NCBI GenBank assembly: GCA_963773405.1
Contig: CAVZAQ010000011.1
Span: forward strand, 171,684 to 235,683
DNA: 64,000 bases
Reading direction: 5' to 3'
Source: an uncultured Chloroflexia bacterium
Lineage (GTDB): Bacteria; Chloroflexota; Limnocylindria; QHBO01
Position numbers and translations under genes: made by a program. How positions within the stretch are numbered: position 1 is the first letter of the stretch; every line of letters begins with the position of its first letter. The notes beneath the pieces are model-generated. The model ran no database searches and had not been told where the DNA came from. It was given only the letters and a program-made list of their open reading frames with translations. Below are positions 28,622-42,253 of this stretch, in pieces.

Positions 28622-30713
28622 ATGACGACCACGCGAACGAGCCTGCGGCGCGTTGCGGCGCAGGCGCGCAGGGGGCAGGCCGGCGCGGCGGTACGGCCCG
28701 AGCCGCCGGCCGTGGCGGTCGGCACGCGCCGCACCATCATCATCGAGCGTCTCGCCCCGGAGCTCGACGGCGGCCGGCACCCGGTCAAGCGCGTCGTGGG
28801 CGATCGCCTGCTGGTGACCGCCGACATCTTCGCCGACGGCCATGACATGCTCGGCGCCGCCGTGCTGCTCCGCCCCGAATCGGGCGGACCGCCCATTGAG
28901 GCGCCAATGCGGCTCGTGGCGAACGATCGCTGGTCCGGCAGCCTGCCGCTGGAGGCCATCGGACGGCATCGATACACGATCGAGGCCTGGCGCGATGCCT
29001 GGGGCACCCTGCGCGACGCGATGCTCAGGAAGGTCGACGGAGGCGTGGGGGTTGCCACCGAGCTGGCGGAGGCCCGACCGATGATGCAGGAGGCCCGCGA
29101 TCGAGCGCGGGCGTCGGGCGCGGAGCTCGACGCGGCGGAGATCGAGGCGGCGCACGGTCGCATGCGTCGGGCGCGCAGCGAGCGGACCGCCGCCGCCGCG
29201 GTCATCGGCGAAGGGCTCCTGGCCGCAATGCGTCGCCACCCTGATCGATCGTGGGCGACGCGCTATCCGCTGGAGCTGCCGCTCATGGTGGACCGCGAGC
29301 GCGCACGGACCGGGGCCTGGTACGAGCTCTTCCCGCGCTCGCAGGGCAAGCGTCCGGGGAAGGGGACGACCCTGCGCGGCGCCGAATGGCGGCTCCCCGA
29401 GATCGCGGCCATGGGATTTGACGTCGTCTACCTTCCGCCGGTCCACCCCATTGGTCGCGTCAACCGCAAGGGTCGCAACAACAGCCTGGAGGCGGGTCCG
29501 GCCGATCCGGGCTCCCCGTGGGCCATCGGCTCCACGGATGGCGGGCACACCGAGGTCGCCGCCGAGCTGGGAGGTCTCGCGGAGTTCGAGCACTTCCGTC
29601 GTGCGGTCGAGGAGCAGGGAATGGAGCTTGCCCTGGACATCGCCCTGCAGGCCGCGCCGGACCACCCCTACGTGACGTCGCACCCCGAATGGTTCCGCCA
29701 CGCGCCCGGACGGGACGATCAAGTACGCGGAGAACCCGCCGAAGAAGTACCAGGACATCTACCCGATCGATTTCTACGGCAGCGATGCGGATGCCCGCGA
29801 GGCGCTCTGGCGGGAGTGGCTGCGGGTCGTGGAGACCTGGATCGAGCGGGGGGTGCGCATCTTCCGCATCGACAACCCGCACACGAAGCCGGTTCCCTTC
29901 TGGGGATGGCTGATCGGCGAGGTGCAGCGCGCGCATCCCGAGGTGATCTTCCTCTCGGAGGCGTTCACCCGGCCGGCCATGATGCGGGCCCTGGGCAAGG
30001 TGGGCTTCAGCCAGTCGTACACGTACTTCACCTGGCGCGAGACCGCCGGGGAGCTGCGCGAGTACCTGACCGAGCTGACGCAGTCCGAGATGCGCGAGTA
30101 CTTCCGCGGCAACCTGTTCACGAACACCCCGGACATCAACCCGCATCATCTCGATCATGGCCGCCCCGCCTTCGAGGCACGTGCCGTTCTGGCCGCCACC
30201 CTCTCCAGCAGCTGGGGGATCTACTCCGGATTCGAGCTGTGCGAAGCGAACCGCTTCGGCGACCGCGAGGAGTACGCCGACAGCGAGAAGTACGAGATCC
30301 GCGTCCGTGACTGGGACGGCCCCGGCCACATCAAGACGCTGATCACCGCGCTCAACAGGCTCCGTCGCGAGCATCCGGCGCTGCGGACCTACGAGCACCT
30401 GCGCTTCGAGGGGGCCACCGGTGACCGGGTCCTCTTCTACCGCAAGGCCCTCCCCGACGGCGAGACGGACCCCCTGACCGGCTACCCGTATCGCTGGCGG
30501 GACGCCATCTTCGTCGCGGTCAACGTCGACCCGCGCACGACCGCAAGCGCGCTCCTGCATCCGGACCTCCCCGCCGTCGGCATCGGCTGGGATGACCCGT
30601 ATCAGGTCACCGACCTGGTCACCGGCGAAACCCGCGTGGAGCGTGGCGCGGACGTCCCCGTTGCGCTGACCCCGGAACGACCCTTCACCATCTTCACCAT
30701 CTCCCCCCGTTGA
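28622..30713 (+). pseudogene. glgE: alpha-1,4-glucan:maltose-1-phosphate maltosyltransferase, one +1 frame break (~29702)
   Basis: 'IERLAPELDGGRHPVKRVVGD', 'GAWYELFPRS', 'FDVVYLPPVHPIG' and 'HPEWFRH' lie in the first frame. Next, in ORF 29829..30713: 'RPDGTIKYAENPPKKYQDIYPIDF...FRIDNPHTKPVPFW...FTNTPDI'. Confidence 0.9.
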
Positions 30714-30729
30714 GGAGCCAGAGCGAACG

Positions 30730-32403
30730 ATGAGCACCACTGCCCCCCGGCGCTCTCCCGCGCCCCCGCCGGCGGCCGAAGACTCCGACTGGTACAAGGA
30801 CGCGATCATCTACGAGATGCACGTCAAGGCCTTCTCCGACTCCAACGGAGACGGCAACGGTGACTTTGCCGGCCTCGTCGAGAAGCTTGACTACATCGCG
30901 GACCTGGGCGTGACCGCCGTCTGGCTCCTCCCCTTCTACCCGTCGCCGCTCCGGGATGACGGCTACGACATCAGCGACTACATGGGCGTCCACCCCGACT
31001 ACGGGACGCTGCGCCAGTTCCGGACCTTCGTCCGCGAGGCGCACCGGCGAGGACTGCGCGTCATCACCGAGCTGGTCGTGAACCACACGAGCGACCAGCA
31101 CCCGTGGTTCGCCGAGTCGCGCGCCAACGACACCGGACCCAAGCGCGACTGGTACGTCTGGTCCGACACGGACGAGCGGTACACCGACGCGCGCATCATC
31201 TTCACCGACTCGGAGACCTCGAACTGGGCCTGGGACAACGAGCGGCGCGCCTACTACTGGCATCGGTTCTTCAGCCACCAGCCGGACCTCAACTTCGACA
31301 ACCAGCAGGTCTTCCGGGCGGTGCTCCGGGTGATGCGCTTCTGGCTGGACCTTGGGGTGGACGGGCTGCGGCTCGACGCGGTGCCGTACCTGATCGAGCG
31401 CGACGGGACCAGCTGCGAGAACCTGCCGGAGACCCACGACATCCTGCGCCGTCTGCGCCTGGCCATGGAGGAGCGCCATCCGGGTCGGATGCTGCTGGCG
31501 GAGGCGAACCAGTGGCCGCCCGACGTGCGCCCCTACTTCGGCGACGGGGACGAGTGCCAGATGGCGTTCCATTTCCCGCTCATGCCCCGCATCTGGATCG
31601 CGCTGCGGAAGGAGGACTCCTGGCCGATCATCGACATCATGGAGCAGACCCCGGCGATCCCGGAGAACTGCCAGTGGGCACTCTTCCTGCGTAACCACGA
31701 CGAGCTGACCCTCGAGATGGTCACCGACGACGAGCGCGACTTCATGTGGAGCGAGTACGCCATCGATCCCCGGATGCGCCTCAACCTGGGCATCCGCCGG
31801 CGCCTGGCTCCCCTGGTCGACAACAGCCGGCGGCGGATAGAGCTGCTCACCTCGCTCCTGCTCAGCCTGCGCGGCACGCCCATCATCTACTACGGCGACG
31901 AGATCGGGATGGGCGACAACGTCCACCTTGGCGACCGCAACGGGGTGCGGACGCCCATGCAGTGGAGCGGCGATCGCAACGCCGGTTTCTCCCGGGCGGA
32001 CGTCCACGCCCTCTACGCGCCGCTCGTCGCGGACCCGGTGTACGGCTACCAGGCAGTGAACGTGGAAGCCCAGCAGCGCGTGCCGGGATCGCTCCTCAAC
32101 TGGATGAAGCGGATCATCCGTGTGCGCAAGGCGTATCCCGTCTTCGGCCGCGGGACCCTGACCTTCCTCCGCCCGGACAACCACCGCGTCCTTGCCTACC
32201 TGCGCGTGCACGAGGGGGTGACGCTCCTCTGCGTGGCCAACCTGTCGCGCTTCGCGCAGTACGTGGAGCTGGACCTGCGCGAGTTCGATGGGCGCACACC
32301 GGTGGAGCTGATCGGACGGGTGCATTTCCCCAAGATCGGCGAGCTGCCGTACCTGCTCACCCTGGGACCCCACGACTTCCTGTGGTTCGAGCTGACCTCC
32401 TGA
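30730..32403 (+). CDS. treS: trehalose synthase (maltose alpha-D-glucosyltransferase)
   Basis: 557-aa intact ORF. '[30 protein letters not shown]', '[11 protein letters not shown]', '[13 protein letters not shown]', '[14 protein letters not shown]'. Confidence 0.92.
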   Translation: MSTTAPRRSPAPPPAAEDSDWYKDAIIYEMHVKAFSDSNGDGNGDFAGLVEKLDYIADLGVTAVWLLPFYPSPLRDDGYDISDYMGVHPDYGTLRQFRTFVREAHRRGLRVITELVVNHTSDQHPWFAESRANDTGPKRDWYVWSDTDERYTDARIIFTDSETSNWAWDNERRAYYWHRFFSHQPDLNFDNQQVFRAVLRVMRFWLDLGVDGLRLDAVPYLIERDGTSCENLPETHDILRRLRLAMEERHPGRMLLAEANQWPPDVRPYFGDGDECQMAFHFPLMPRIWIALRKEDSWPIIDIMEQTPAIPENCQWALFLRNHDELTLEMVTDDERDFMWSEYAIDPRMRLNLGIRRRLAPLVDNSRRRIELLTSLLLSLRGTPIIYYGDEIGMGDNVHLGDRNGVRTPMQWSGDRNAGFSRADVHALYAPLVADPVYGYQAVNVEAQQRVPGSLLNWMKRIIRVRKAYPVFGRGTLTFLRPDNHRVLAYLRVHEGVTLLCVANLSRFAQYVELDLREFDGRTPVELIGRVHFPKIGELPYLLTLGPHDFLWFELTS

Positions 32404-33741
32404 CCGATGCCGCGGCGCTGCTGCGGCCAGGGTGGCTGGCCGCGCAGCGCTGGTTCGGCGCGCGCGACCGGTCGATCTCGGAGGTCTCCCTGGCCGATGC
32501 GGCGCCCATTCCGCTCGAGCCGGCGTCGCCGTTGCGCGCGTGGCTCCTGGTGGTGTCGGCCACCTTCACCGATGGCGGCGAGCGCCGCTACCTGGTCCCC
32601 GCCGTTGGGGGCCCTGACGAGCTGCTGCGCGAGCCTGCGGATGGTGACGGTGCCTGGCGTGCCCTCGTCCGCGCCGTGGGCGCCGGCGCTGCGCTGCCGG
32701 GGGAAGACGGGAGCTTCCGGTGCGAGCCACTCCCCGCCCTCACCGCCCTGGTCCCCGGCGGTGCAACGGCCCTGGCGGGCCGTCCCCGAGCGACGGCTCG
32801 GCGTGGAGCAGTCGAACACCTCGGCGACGGTTGGGGAGCACCTGATCCTCAAGGTCTACCGTCGCCTGGAGGTCGGGGAGAACCCCGAGATGGAGGTGGG
32901 CACCTTTCTCGAGTCGGTCGGCTGCCCGGTGACGCCGCGCATGGCCGGCTCGATCCGCTACGTCTCGGGCGGCGGGTCCGTCGCCGCGGCCGCGATGCTG
33001 CAGGAGCGCGTGACGGCCCGGGGCGATGGGTGGAGCCACCTGCTCGCCCAGCTGGGCGGCGCCGATGGCGGCCCGGCGTCGGCCGTCGCGTCGGCCGCAC
33101 AGATCGGGCGCGTCACGGAACAGCTGCACGCGTCGCTCGCCGCGCGACCGCTCGACGCCGCGTTCCCGGTGCGCCCCGCGACGCACGCCGAGACCCAGGG
33201 GCTCCTCGCCGGCGCGATCGCCCAGCTCGACGCGGCGCTCGCGGCGACGACGGGTGGGGATCGGCATCGGCTCGAGGCGCTTGCGCCCCGCATCCGCGCG
33301 CAGCTCGAGGCCGCATTCGGCGCGGCGCGCGTGGGCCGCGTGACGCGCATCCACGGCGACTACCACCTGGGGCAGCTGCTGCACACCGCTGACGGCTTCG
33401 TGGTGATCGACTTCGAGGGCGAGCCGGCCCGCTCGCTCGACGAGCGCCGGATGCCGCAGCCACCCGAGCGGGACGTGGCCGGGATGCTGCGCTCCCTCGA
33501 CTACGCGGTGCGCAGCGTGGCCCGGGGCGGATCGGCGCACGACCTCGAGCCGGAGGGGTGGCTGGTGGAGGCCCGTGAGGCGTTCCTGGGTGCCTACGCG
33601 AGCGGGGCGTCCTGGGATCTGGACCCCTCGCTGCTGCGCGCGTTCGAGCTCGACAAGGCCTGCTACGAGGTGCGCTACGAGGCCGCGAACCGGCCGGACT
33701 GGACGTGGCTCCCGCTCGGTGCGCTCGAACGTATCGCCTGA
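32382..33741 (+). pseudogene. pep2: maltokinase, one +1 frame break (~32785, C4 run)
   Basis: The N-terminus '[30 protein letters not shown]...' starts at GTG 32382 and overlaps treS by 22 nt in another frame. After 'ALAGR' it continues in ORF 32407..33741: 'ERRLGVEQSNTSATVGEHLILKVYRRLEVGENPEMEV', 'IHGDYHLGQLL', 'DFEGEP'. Confidence 0.8.
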
Positions 33742-33763
33742 TCACCCCTATCCTGTACTGCGA

Positions 33764-35935
<2,172 letters not shown>

Positions 35936-35940
35936 GCGGA

Positions 35941-38674
35941 ATGGCCCGCGCAGCGACGGTGGCCCCGCCCGCAGCGGTGCCGCGTGCCACGTACCGGCTC
36001 CAGCTTCATGGCGGATTCGACTTCGGCGACGCGGCGGCGCTGGTCGACTATCTCGACGCCCTGGGCGTGAGCCACGTCTACTGCTCGCCGATCCTCCAGG
36101 CGGTGCCGGGGAGCAGCCACGGCTACGACGTCGTGGACCACGGAACCATCAACGACGAGCTGGGCGGCGATGATGGGCTCGAGCGCCTGGTGGCTGCCAT
36201 TCGCGACCGCGGGATGGGCCTCGTGGTCGACGTCGTCCCGAACCACATGGCGATCTCCGGCGAGCGGAACGCGTGGTGGTGGGACGTGCTCGAGCACGGG
36301 CATGCGAGCCGCTACGCGGCCTATTTCGACGTCGACTGGGATCCGCCTGAGAGCCGGCTGCACAACGTGATCCTGCTCCCGGTCCTGCCCGACCACTACG
36401 GACGGGTCATCGATGCGGGCGGCATCCGCATCGTCCGCGACGGGACGCGGCTCACGGTCGCCGTGGGGGACCGACGCTTTCCGCTCGATCCGCGCTCCCT
36501 CGGCCCGCTCTTCGTGGAGGCTGCCGAGCTGGGTGGCTCCGACGAGCTGGCGTTCATCGGCCGGGCCCTGGGCGAGCTGCCCGAGTCGACCGTGGCGGAC
36601 CCCGTCGACGTCGAGCGGCGCCAGGCCGATGCCGCGGTCCTCGGCGCGCGGCTGGCGGTGGTCACGGATCGCCCGCCCGTGGCGGCCGCACTCGATCGGG
36701 TGCTCGATCGTCTCAACCGCGACCCCGACAGCCTGGACCGCCTCCTCGACGAGCAGAACTACCGTCTCGCGCACTGGCGCGCCGCCTCCCGCGATCTCGG
36801 GTATCGGCGCTTCTTCGACATCGACTCGCTGATCGGGCTGCGCGTCGAGCGTGCCGACGTCTTCGAGGCGAGCCACGCGCTCATCTGCTCCCTCGTGGCG
36901 GATGGGCGCATCGACGGGCTGCGGGTCGATCATCCCGACGGCCTCCGCGATCCGGCCGGCTACTTCGAGAGGCTCCGCGCCCGCGCGCCGAAGGCGTGGA
37001 TCGTGGCGGAGAAGATCCTCACCGGCGATGAGCCACTGCCCGAGGACTGGCCGATCGATGGCGCGACCGGCTACCGCTTCGCCGACCTCGCGACCGGCCT
37101 GCTCGTGGATCCGGCGGGCGAAGAGCCGCTCACCCGGCGATATCACCGCTTCGTCCGTGATCACGCGCCTTGGCCCAGCGTCGCAGCGGTGGCCCGGCAC
37201 GAAGTGCTCTCCGAGGCGCTGGGCAGCGACCTGAATCGGCTGACGCACCTGTTCCTCGACGTGTGCGAAGCGAATCGGCGCTATCGCGATTTCACGCGGC
37301 ACGACCTGCACGACGCCCTGCGGGAGGTTGCCGTGCACCTCGCGGTGTACCGGACCTACGTGCGGCCCCCTGGACCGCGGGCCGACGGTAGCGCTGCGGC
37401 CCCGAGCACGGTCGCCGCCCCGGTGGTGTCGGCGCAGGATCGCGCGACCATCGACGCGGCTGTCGCGAACGCGACCGCGGCGCGTCCCGACCTGGAACCC
37501 GACCTCTTCGCGTTCCTCCGTTCCATCCTCCTGCTCGACGTCCCCGGGGAACGGGCGGCGGAGCTGGCGATGCGCTTCCAGCAGCTCACGCCGGCCGCCA
37601 TGGCCAAGGGCCTGGAGGACACCGCCTACTACCGCTACGTTCGCTTCGTTGCCCGCAACGAGGTTGGGTCGGAGCCGGACCGTTTCGCAGCCGAGCCTGG
37701 CGCCGTGCACCGCGCATTCGTCGCGGCGGCTGATCGCTGGCCGCGCGGCATGCTCGCCACCTCGACCCACGACACGAAGCGCAGCGGCGACGTGCGGGCG
37801 CGGCTCGCGCTCCTCTCCGAGGTGCCGTCCGCCTGGGGGCGCGCGGTGACCCGCCTTGCGGCCGCAGCGAACGCACATCGGACCCGCCCCGACCTCCCCG
37901 ATCGGCGCGACGAGTACCTCCTCTACCAGACCCTGGTGGGGGCGTGGCCCATCGACGGCGAGCGGGCCGTGGCGTACGCGCGCAAGGCCGCCCGCGAGGC
38001 CAAGCTGCGGACCTCGTGGACCGCGCCGGACGCGCAGTACGAGGCCGCGCTGGATCGGTTCGTGGCCGGTTGCCTGGGAGACTCCGCGTTTCTCGCGGAA
38101 CTGGAGGGGTTCGTGGCCGCGCTCGTCGAGCCGGGCAGGATCAATGCCCTGTCGCAGACCCTCCTCAAGCTCGCCGCGCCCGGGGTCCCGGACCTCTACC
38201 AGGGCACGGAGCTGTGGGACCTCTCCCTGGTCGACCCCGACAACCGCCGCCCGGTCGACTACGCCATGCCGACGGGACGCCCTGCGGGCGCTCGACACGC
38301 TGTCGCCCGAAGCGATCCTGGAATCCGCTGACCAGGGTCTCCCCAAGCTGTGGCTGATCCATCAGGCGCTGGAGCTGCGCCGCCGCCGCCCGGCGGCGCT
38401 CGGGGCAGGTGCCGCGTACGAACCGATGGAGGCGGTGGGGTCACGCGCAGCGCACGCCTTCGCGTTCGCGCGCGGCGGCGACGTCATTGCCGTTGCCCCG
38501 CGCCTCGTGCTTCGCCTGGCGCGCACCGGCGGGTGGTCGAACACCGCGCTCGCCCTGCCGCCCGGCAGCTGGCACAACGTCCTCGACGGCGAGCGATACG
38601 ACAACGCGGCGCCGGTCGCCCTCGCCACGCTGCTGCGCCGATTCCCCGTCGCCCTGCTGGAACGGACGGCGTGA
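35941..38674 (+). pseudogene. treY: maltooligosyl trehalose synthase, one +1 frame break (~38268)
   Basis: 'ATYRLQLHGGFDFGDAAALVDYLDALGVSHVYCSPIL', 'DVVPNHMA' and 'ATSTHDTKRSGDVRARL' lie in the first frame. The tail 'RRDALRALDTLSPEAILE...[13 protein letters not shown]' is in ORF 37856..38674. Confidence 0.88.
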
Positions 38675-40395
38675 CCGCCATCGCCGTCTGGGCCCCCCGC
38701 GCCCAACGCGTCGAGCTGGCCGTCGCTGGAGAACGCCGGGCCATGGCGCCGGATGCGGGCGGCTGGTGGCGGAGCGAGCGTCGGCTGCCCCCGGGCACGG
38801 AGTACGCGTTCGTCCTTGACGGCGGCGAGCCGCTGCCGGATCCACGGTCTCCGTGGCAGCCGGCCGGGGTTCACGGCCCGTCGCGGACGGTCGATCACGC
38901 CGCGTACGACTGGACCGATGCGGGCTGGCGGCCCCCGGAGCTCGAGACCGGCGTCATCTATGAGCTGCACGTCGGCACCTTCACCCCGGCCGGGACCTTC
39001 GACGGTGCAATCGACCGGCTCGCGGACCTTGTCGACCTGGGAGTGACGCACGTGGAGCTGATGCCGGTCGCCGAGTTCAGCGGCCGGCGCGGCTGGGGCT
39101 ACGACGGCGTTGATCTCTTCGCGCCCCACCATGCGTATGGCGGACCGGAGGGCCTGAAGCGTCTCGTCGATGCGGCGCACCGAGCGGGTCTCGCGGTCCT
39201 GCTCGACGTCGTCTACAACCACCTGGGCCCGGAGGGGAACGTGCTGGACCGCTACGGCCCGTACTTCACGGACCGCTACCGGACGCCGTGGGGCTCGGCC
39301 GATGAACCTCGACGACCGCGGATCACCGGAGGTCCGGCAATTCGTGGTCGACAACGCGCTCATGTGGCTGCGCGACTACCACCTGGACGGTCTTCGGCTC
39401 GACGCGACCCATGCGATCTTCGACCGGTCCGCCATCCACATCCTGGAGCAGCTGCGGGCGGCCGTCACCCGCCTCGGAGGGTCTCTGGGACGGCGCCTGG
39501 TGCTCGATCGCGGAGAGCGACCTCGACGACCCGCGGCTGGTGCGCGCCCCCGCGCTGGGTGGCTATGGCCTCGACGCCGCCTGGGCGGATGACGTCCACC
39601 ATGCGCTGCACGTCAGCCTGACCGGGGAGCGATCCGGCTACTACGCGGACTTCGAGCCGATGCGCTCGCTTGCCCGTGTCCTTCGCTCTCCGTACCTGTT
39701 CAACGGCGGTCGCTCCGTGTATCGCGACGTCCTCCAGGGCCGGTCGCCGGGGCGGCTCTCCGGTGGACGCTTCGTCGCAGCCCTGCAGAACCACGACCAG
39801 GTCGGCAATCGCGCCCGTGGCGAGCGCCTCTCCGCCCTGGTCGGGATCGAGCGGCTGATGGTCGGGGCCGCGCTGCTCGTGGCGGCCCCCTACGTCCCGC
39901 TCATCTTCGCCGGGGAGGAGTGGGCCGCCAGCACCCCGTTCCTCTATTTCACCGACCACGCCGATCCGGCCCTTGCCGAGGCCGTGCGCCGCGGCCGTCG
40001 CGCCGAGTTCGCCGCCTTCGGCTGGAAGCCGGAGGAGATCCCGGACCCGCAGGACGAGCGAACCTTCCGCGCCAGCCGGCTGCGCTGGGACGAGCGGGCC
40101 GCGGCCGGGCACGCGCGGGTTCATGCGCTGGTGGCGCGACCTGCTCGCGCTTCGGCGCTCCCACGAGTCGCTGCACGACGGGCGGCGTGACCGCGTCCGG
40201 GTGATCGCCGACGCGCGAGGGACCATCAGGCTTCGTCGAGGGGCGGTCACCGTCGCCGCGAACCTCGGCACGGCCGAGGCGGGGCTCCCGGAGGAGGGGC
40301 AGATCCTGCTCGCGTCGTCTGCGTCGGTCGGGCGCCGGGGGAGCAGCCTCGTGCTTCCGCCGGACTCGGTCGCGATCCTGGAACGCGACCGATGA
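38671..40395 (+). pseudogene. treZ: maltooligosyl trehalose trehalohydrolase, three +1 frame breaks (~39301, ~39505, ~40118)
   Basis: The gene starts at a GTGA overlap with treY. '[37 protein letters not shown]...[12 protein letters not shown]' is followed by '[39 protein letters not shown]'. Next comes '[12 protein letters not shown]...[10 protein letters not shown]...LQNHDQVGNR'. The last piece is 'FMRWWRDLLALRR...'. Confidence 0.85.
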
Positions 40396-42233
40396 CCGAT
40401 CGCGACGACCTGGTCGTCGACCGCTACACCGATGCGTACGGGCGGGAAGCCATCGTGCCCGCGGCCGTACGACGCGCCGTGGTCCGCACCATGGAGCCCC
40501 TGCCCCCGCGAGGCCCGGGCGAGCCGGAGCCGGTCGCCATCCACGCCCCCGGTGACCGCCTTTCGGCGGCGGCTGAGCTGGTGCTGGAGGATGGCACCAG
40601 CGTGGGCACGGTCGACCGGCTCCCGCGCGACCTGCCGCTGGGCTATCACCACCTTCTTCGGGATCGCGCCGACCAGCTGCTCCTGGTGCCGCCCGCCCGT
40701 TGCACGGCGCCGGCTCGCACCCGGGGCTGGGCGTGGACCGCGCAGCTTCCCGCCACCCGCTCGCGGGCGAGCTGGGGGATCGGCGACCTGGGTGACCTGG
40801 GCATGCTCGTTGCCTGGGCCGCCGAGGTGGGGGCGCGCTCGGTGGTCGTCAGCCCCCTCGGGGCGCCCAACCCCGCACCCGACCCCGAGCCCAGCCCGTA
40901 CTACCCCAGCACCCGACGGTTCCGGAACCCGCTGCTGCTCCGGATCGAGGCGATCCCCGGCGCCGGCGAGCGCGGGCCTGAGGATCGGCGACCTGGCGGC
41001 AGAGGCGCATCGCCTCAACGATGTGCCCCGCATCGACCGGGCACGCGTCGCCGGCCTGAAGCTCGAGGCGCTGCGGAGGATCTGGGAGGCCACCGTTGCC
41101 GGCCGTCCGGATGAGGCACCGGTGGCCGACTACCGGGCCGCGGGAGGGGGCCGCGCTGCGCGAGTGGGCCGTCTTCGCCGGCCCTGTCGGAGGAGCACGG
41201 CCCGGGCTGGCATGGCTGGCCAGAGGAGCTTCGCGATCCGGCATCGGCGGCCGTCGCCGCCTACGGTGCCGGCGCACGGCGACCGGGTTCGGTTCCACGA
41301 ATGGGTGCAGTGGCTGCTCGACGATCAGCTGCGCATCGCGAGCCGGGGCGGCGCATCGATCGTGAACGACCTGCCGGTCGGGTTCGACCCGGGCGGCTTC
41401 GACGCGTGGGCCTGGCAGAGACTGATCGCCGCTGGCGCCCGGGTAGGTGCCCCACCCGACCGCTTCAACCCCCATGGACAGGACTGGGGCCTTCCGCCCT
41501 TCGTGCCGCACCGCCTGCGCGCGGCGCACCTCGCGCCCTTCATCGAGACCGTGCGGGCGGCCCTGCGCTATGCCGGTGGCCTGCGCATCGACCACGTCAT
41601 GGGGCTCTTCCGCCTGTGGTGGATCCCGGTGGACGCGCCCGGCGGCGGGGCCTACGTCCGTTACCCGGCCGACGAGCTGCTCGCGGTGCTGGCCATCGAG
41701 AGCCGGCGTGCCGGCGCCGTCGTGATCGGCGAGGACCTGGGCACCGTTGCGCGCGGCGTGCGCCGCAGCCTGGCCCGGCGCGGCCTGCTCTCGACGCGCC
41801 TCGTCCTCTTCGAGCGGCGGGGGATGGATCGACTCCCGCGGAGCGTGCTCGCCGCAGTGACGACCCATGACCTGCCGACCGTCGCAGGTGCCTGGCGGCG
41901 GAGCGACCTGGCGGACCAGCGCGCCGCCGGCCTGGATCCGGATCCACGCGACCTCGAGATTCTGCGCGAGCGGCTGGCCAGGACGGCAGGTGTCGCGCCC
42001 GACGCGTCGGTCGAAGAGCTGGTTCTGAGGGTGCACCGTGCACTGGCAGCCTCACCGGCCGCCCTGGTCAGTGCGACGCTCGAGGACGCGCTTCGGGTCG
42101 AGACACGCCCGAACCTGCCCGGCACGACGCGCGCTCAGCGCGCCAACTGGTCCAGGCCCTGCCGGCGACCATCGAGGCGCTGCGGGCGGATCCGTTCGTG
42201 GCCCGGCTGGCAGCGGCCATGCGCCGGGCCTGA
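40392..42233 (+). pseudogene. malQ: 4-alpha-glucanotransferase, at least five frame breaks (four +1, one -1)
   Basis: ATGA overlap with treZ. 'SWGIGDLGDL', 'YYPSTRRFRNPLLLRIEAIPG', 'GAALREWAVFA', 'LSEEHGPGWHGWPEELRDP', 'VRFHEWVQWLLDDQL', 'GAPPDRFNPHGQDWGLPPF' and 'LRIDHVMGLFRLWWIP' are scattered over three frames. Breaks fall at ~40970, ~41145, ~41178, ~41270 and ~42150. The gene ends at TGA 42231-42233. Confidence 0.8.
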
Positions 42234-42253
42234 CCCGGCGGCGCCGTTCCGGT

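Noticed and set aside
32382-33741. TreS-maltokinase fusion gene.
   Set aside because: An in-frame TGA at 32401-32403 ends treS, and the maltokinase N-terminus is in a different frame. I recorded it as an overlap, with the caveat that an extra indel could hide a fusion.
42234-42253. CGGCGCCG palindrome between malQ and glgB as a bidirectional terminator.
   Set aside because: The stem is only 8 bp and fully self-complementary with no loop or U-tract, and such GC palindromes are expected by chance at this base composition.
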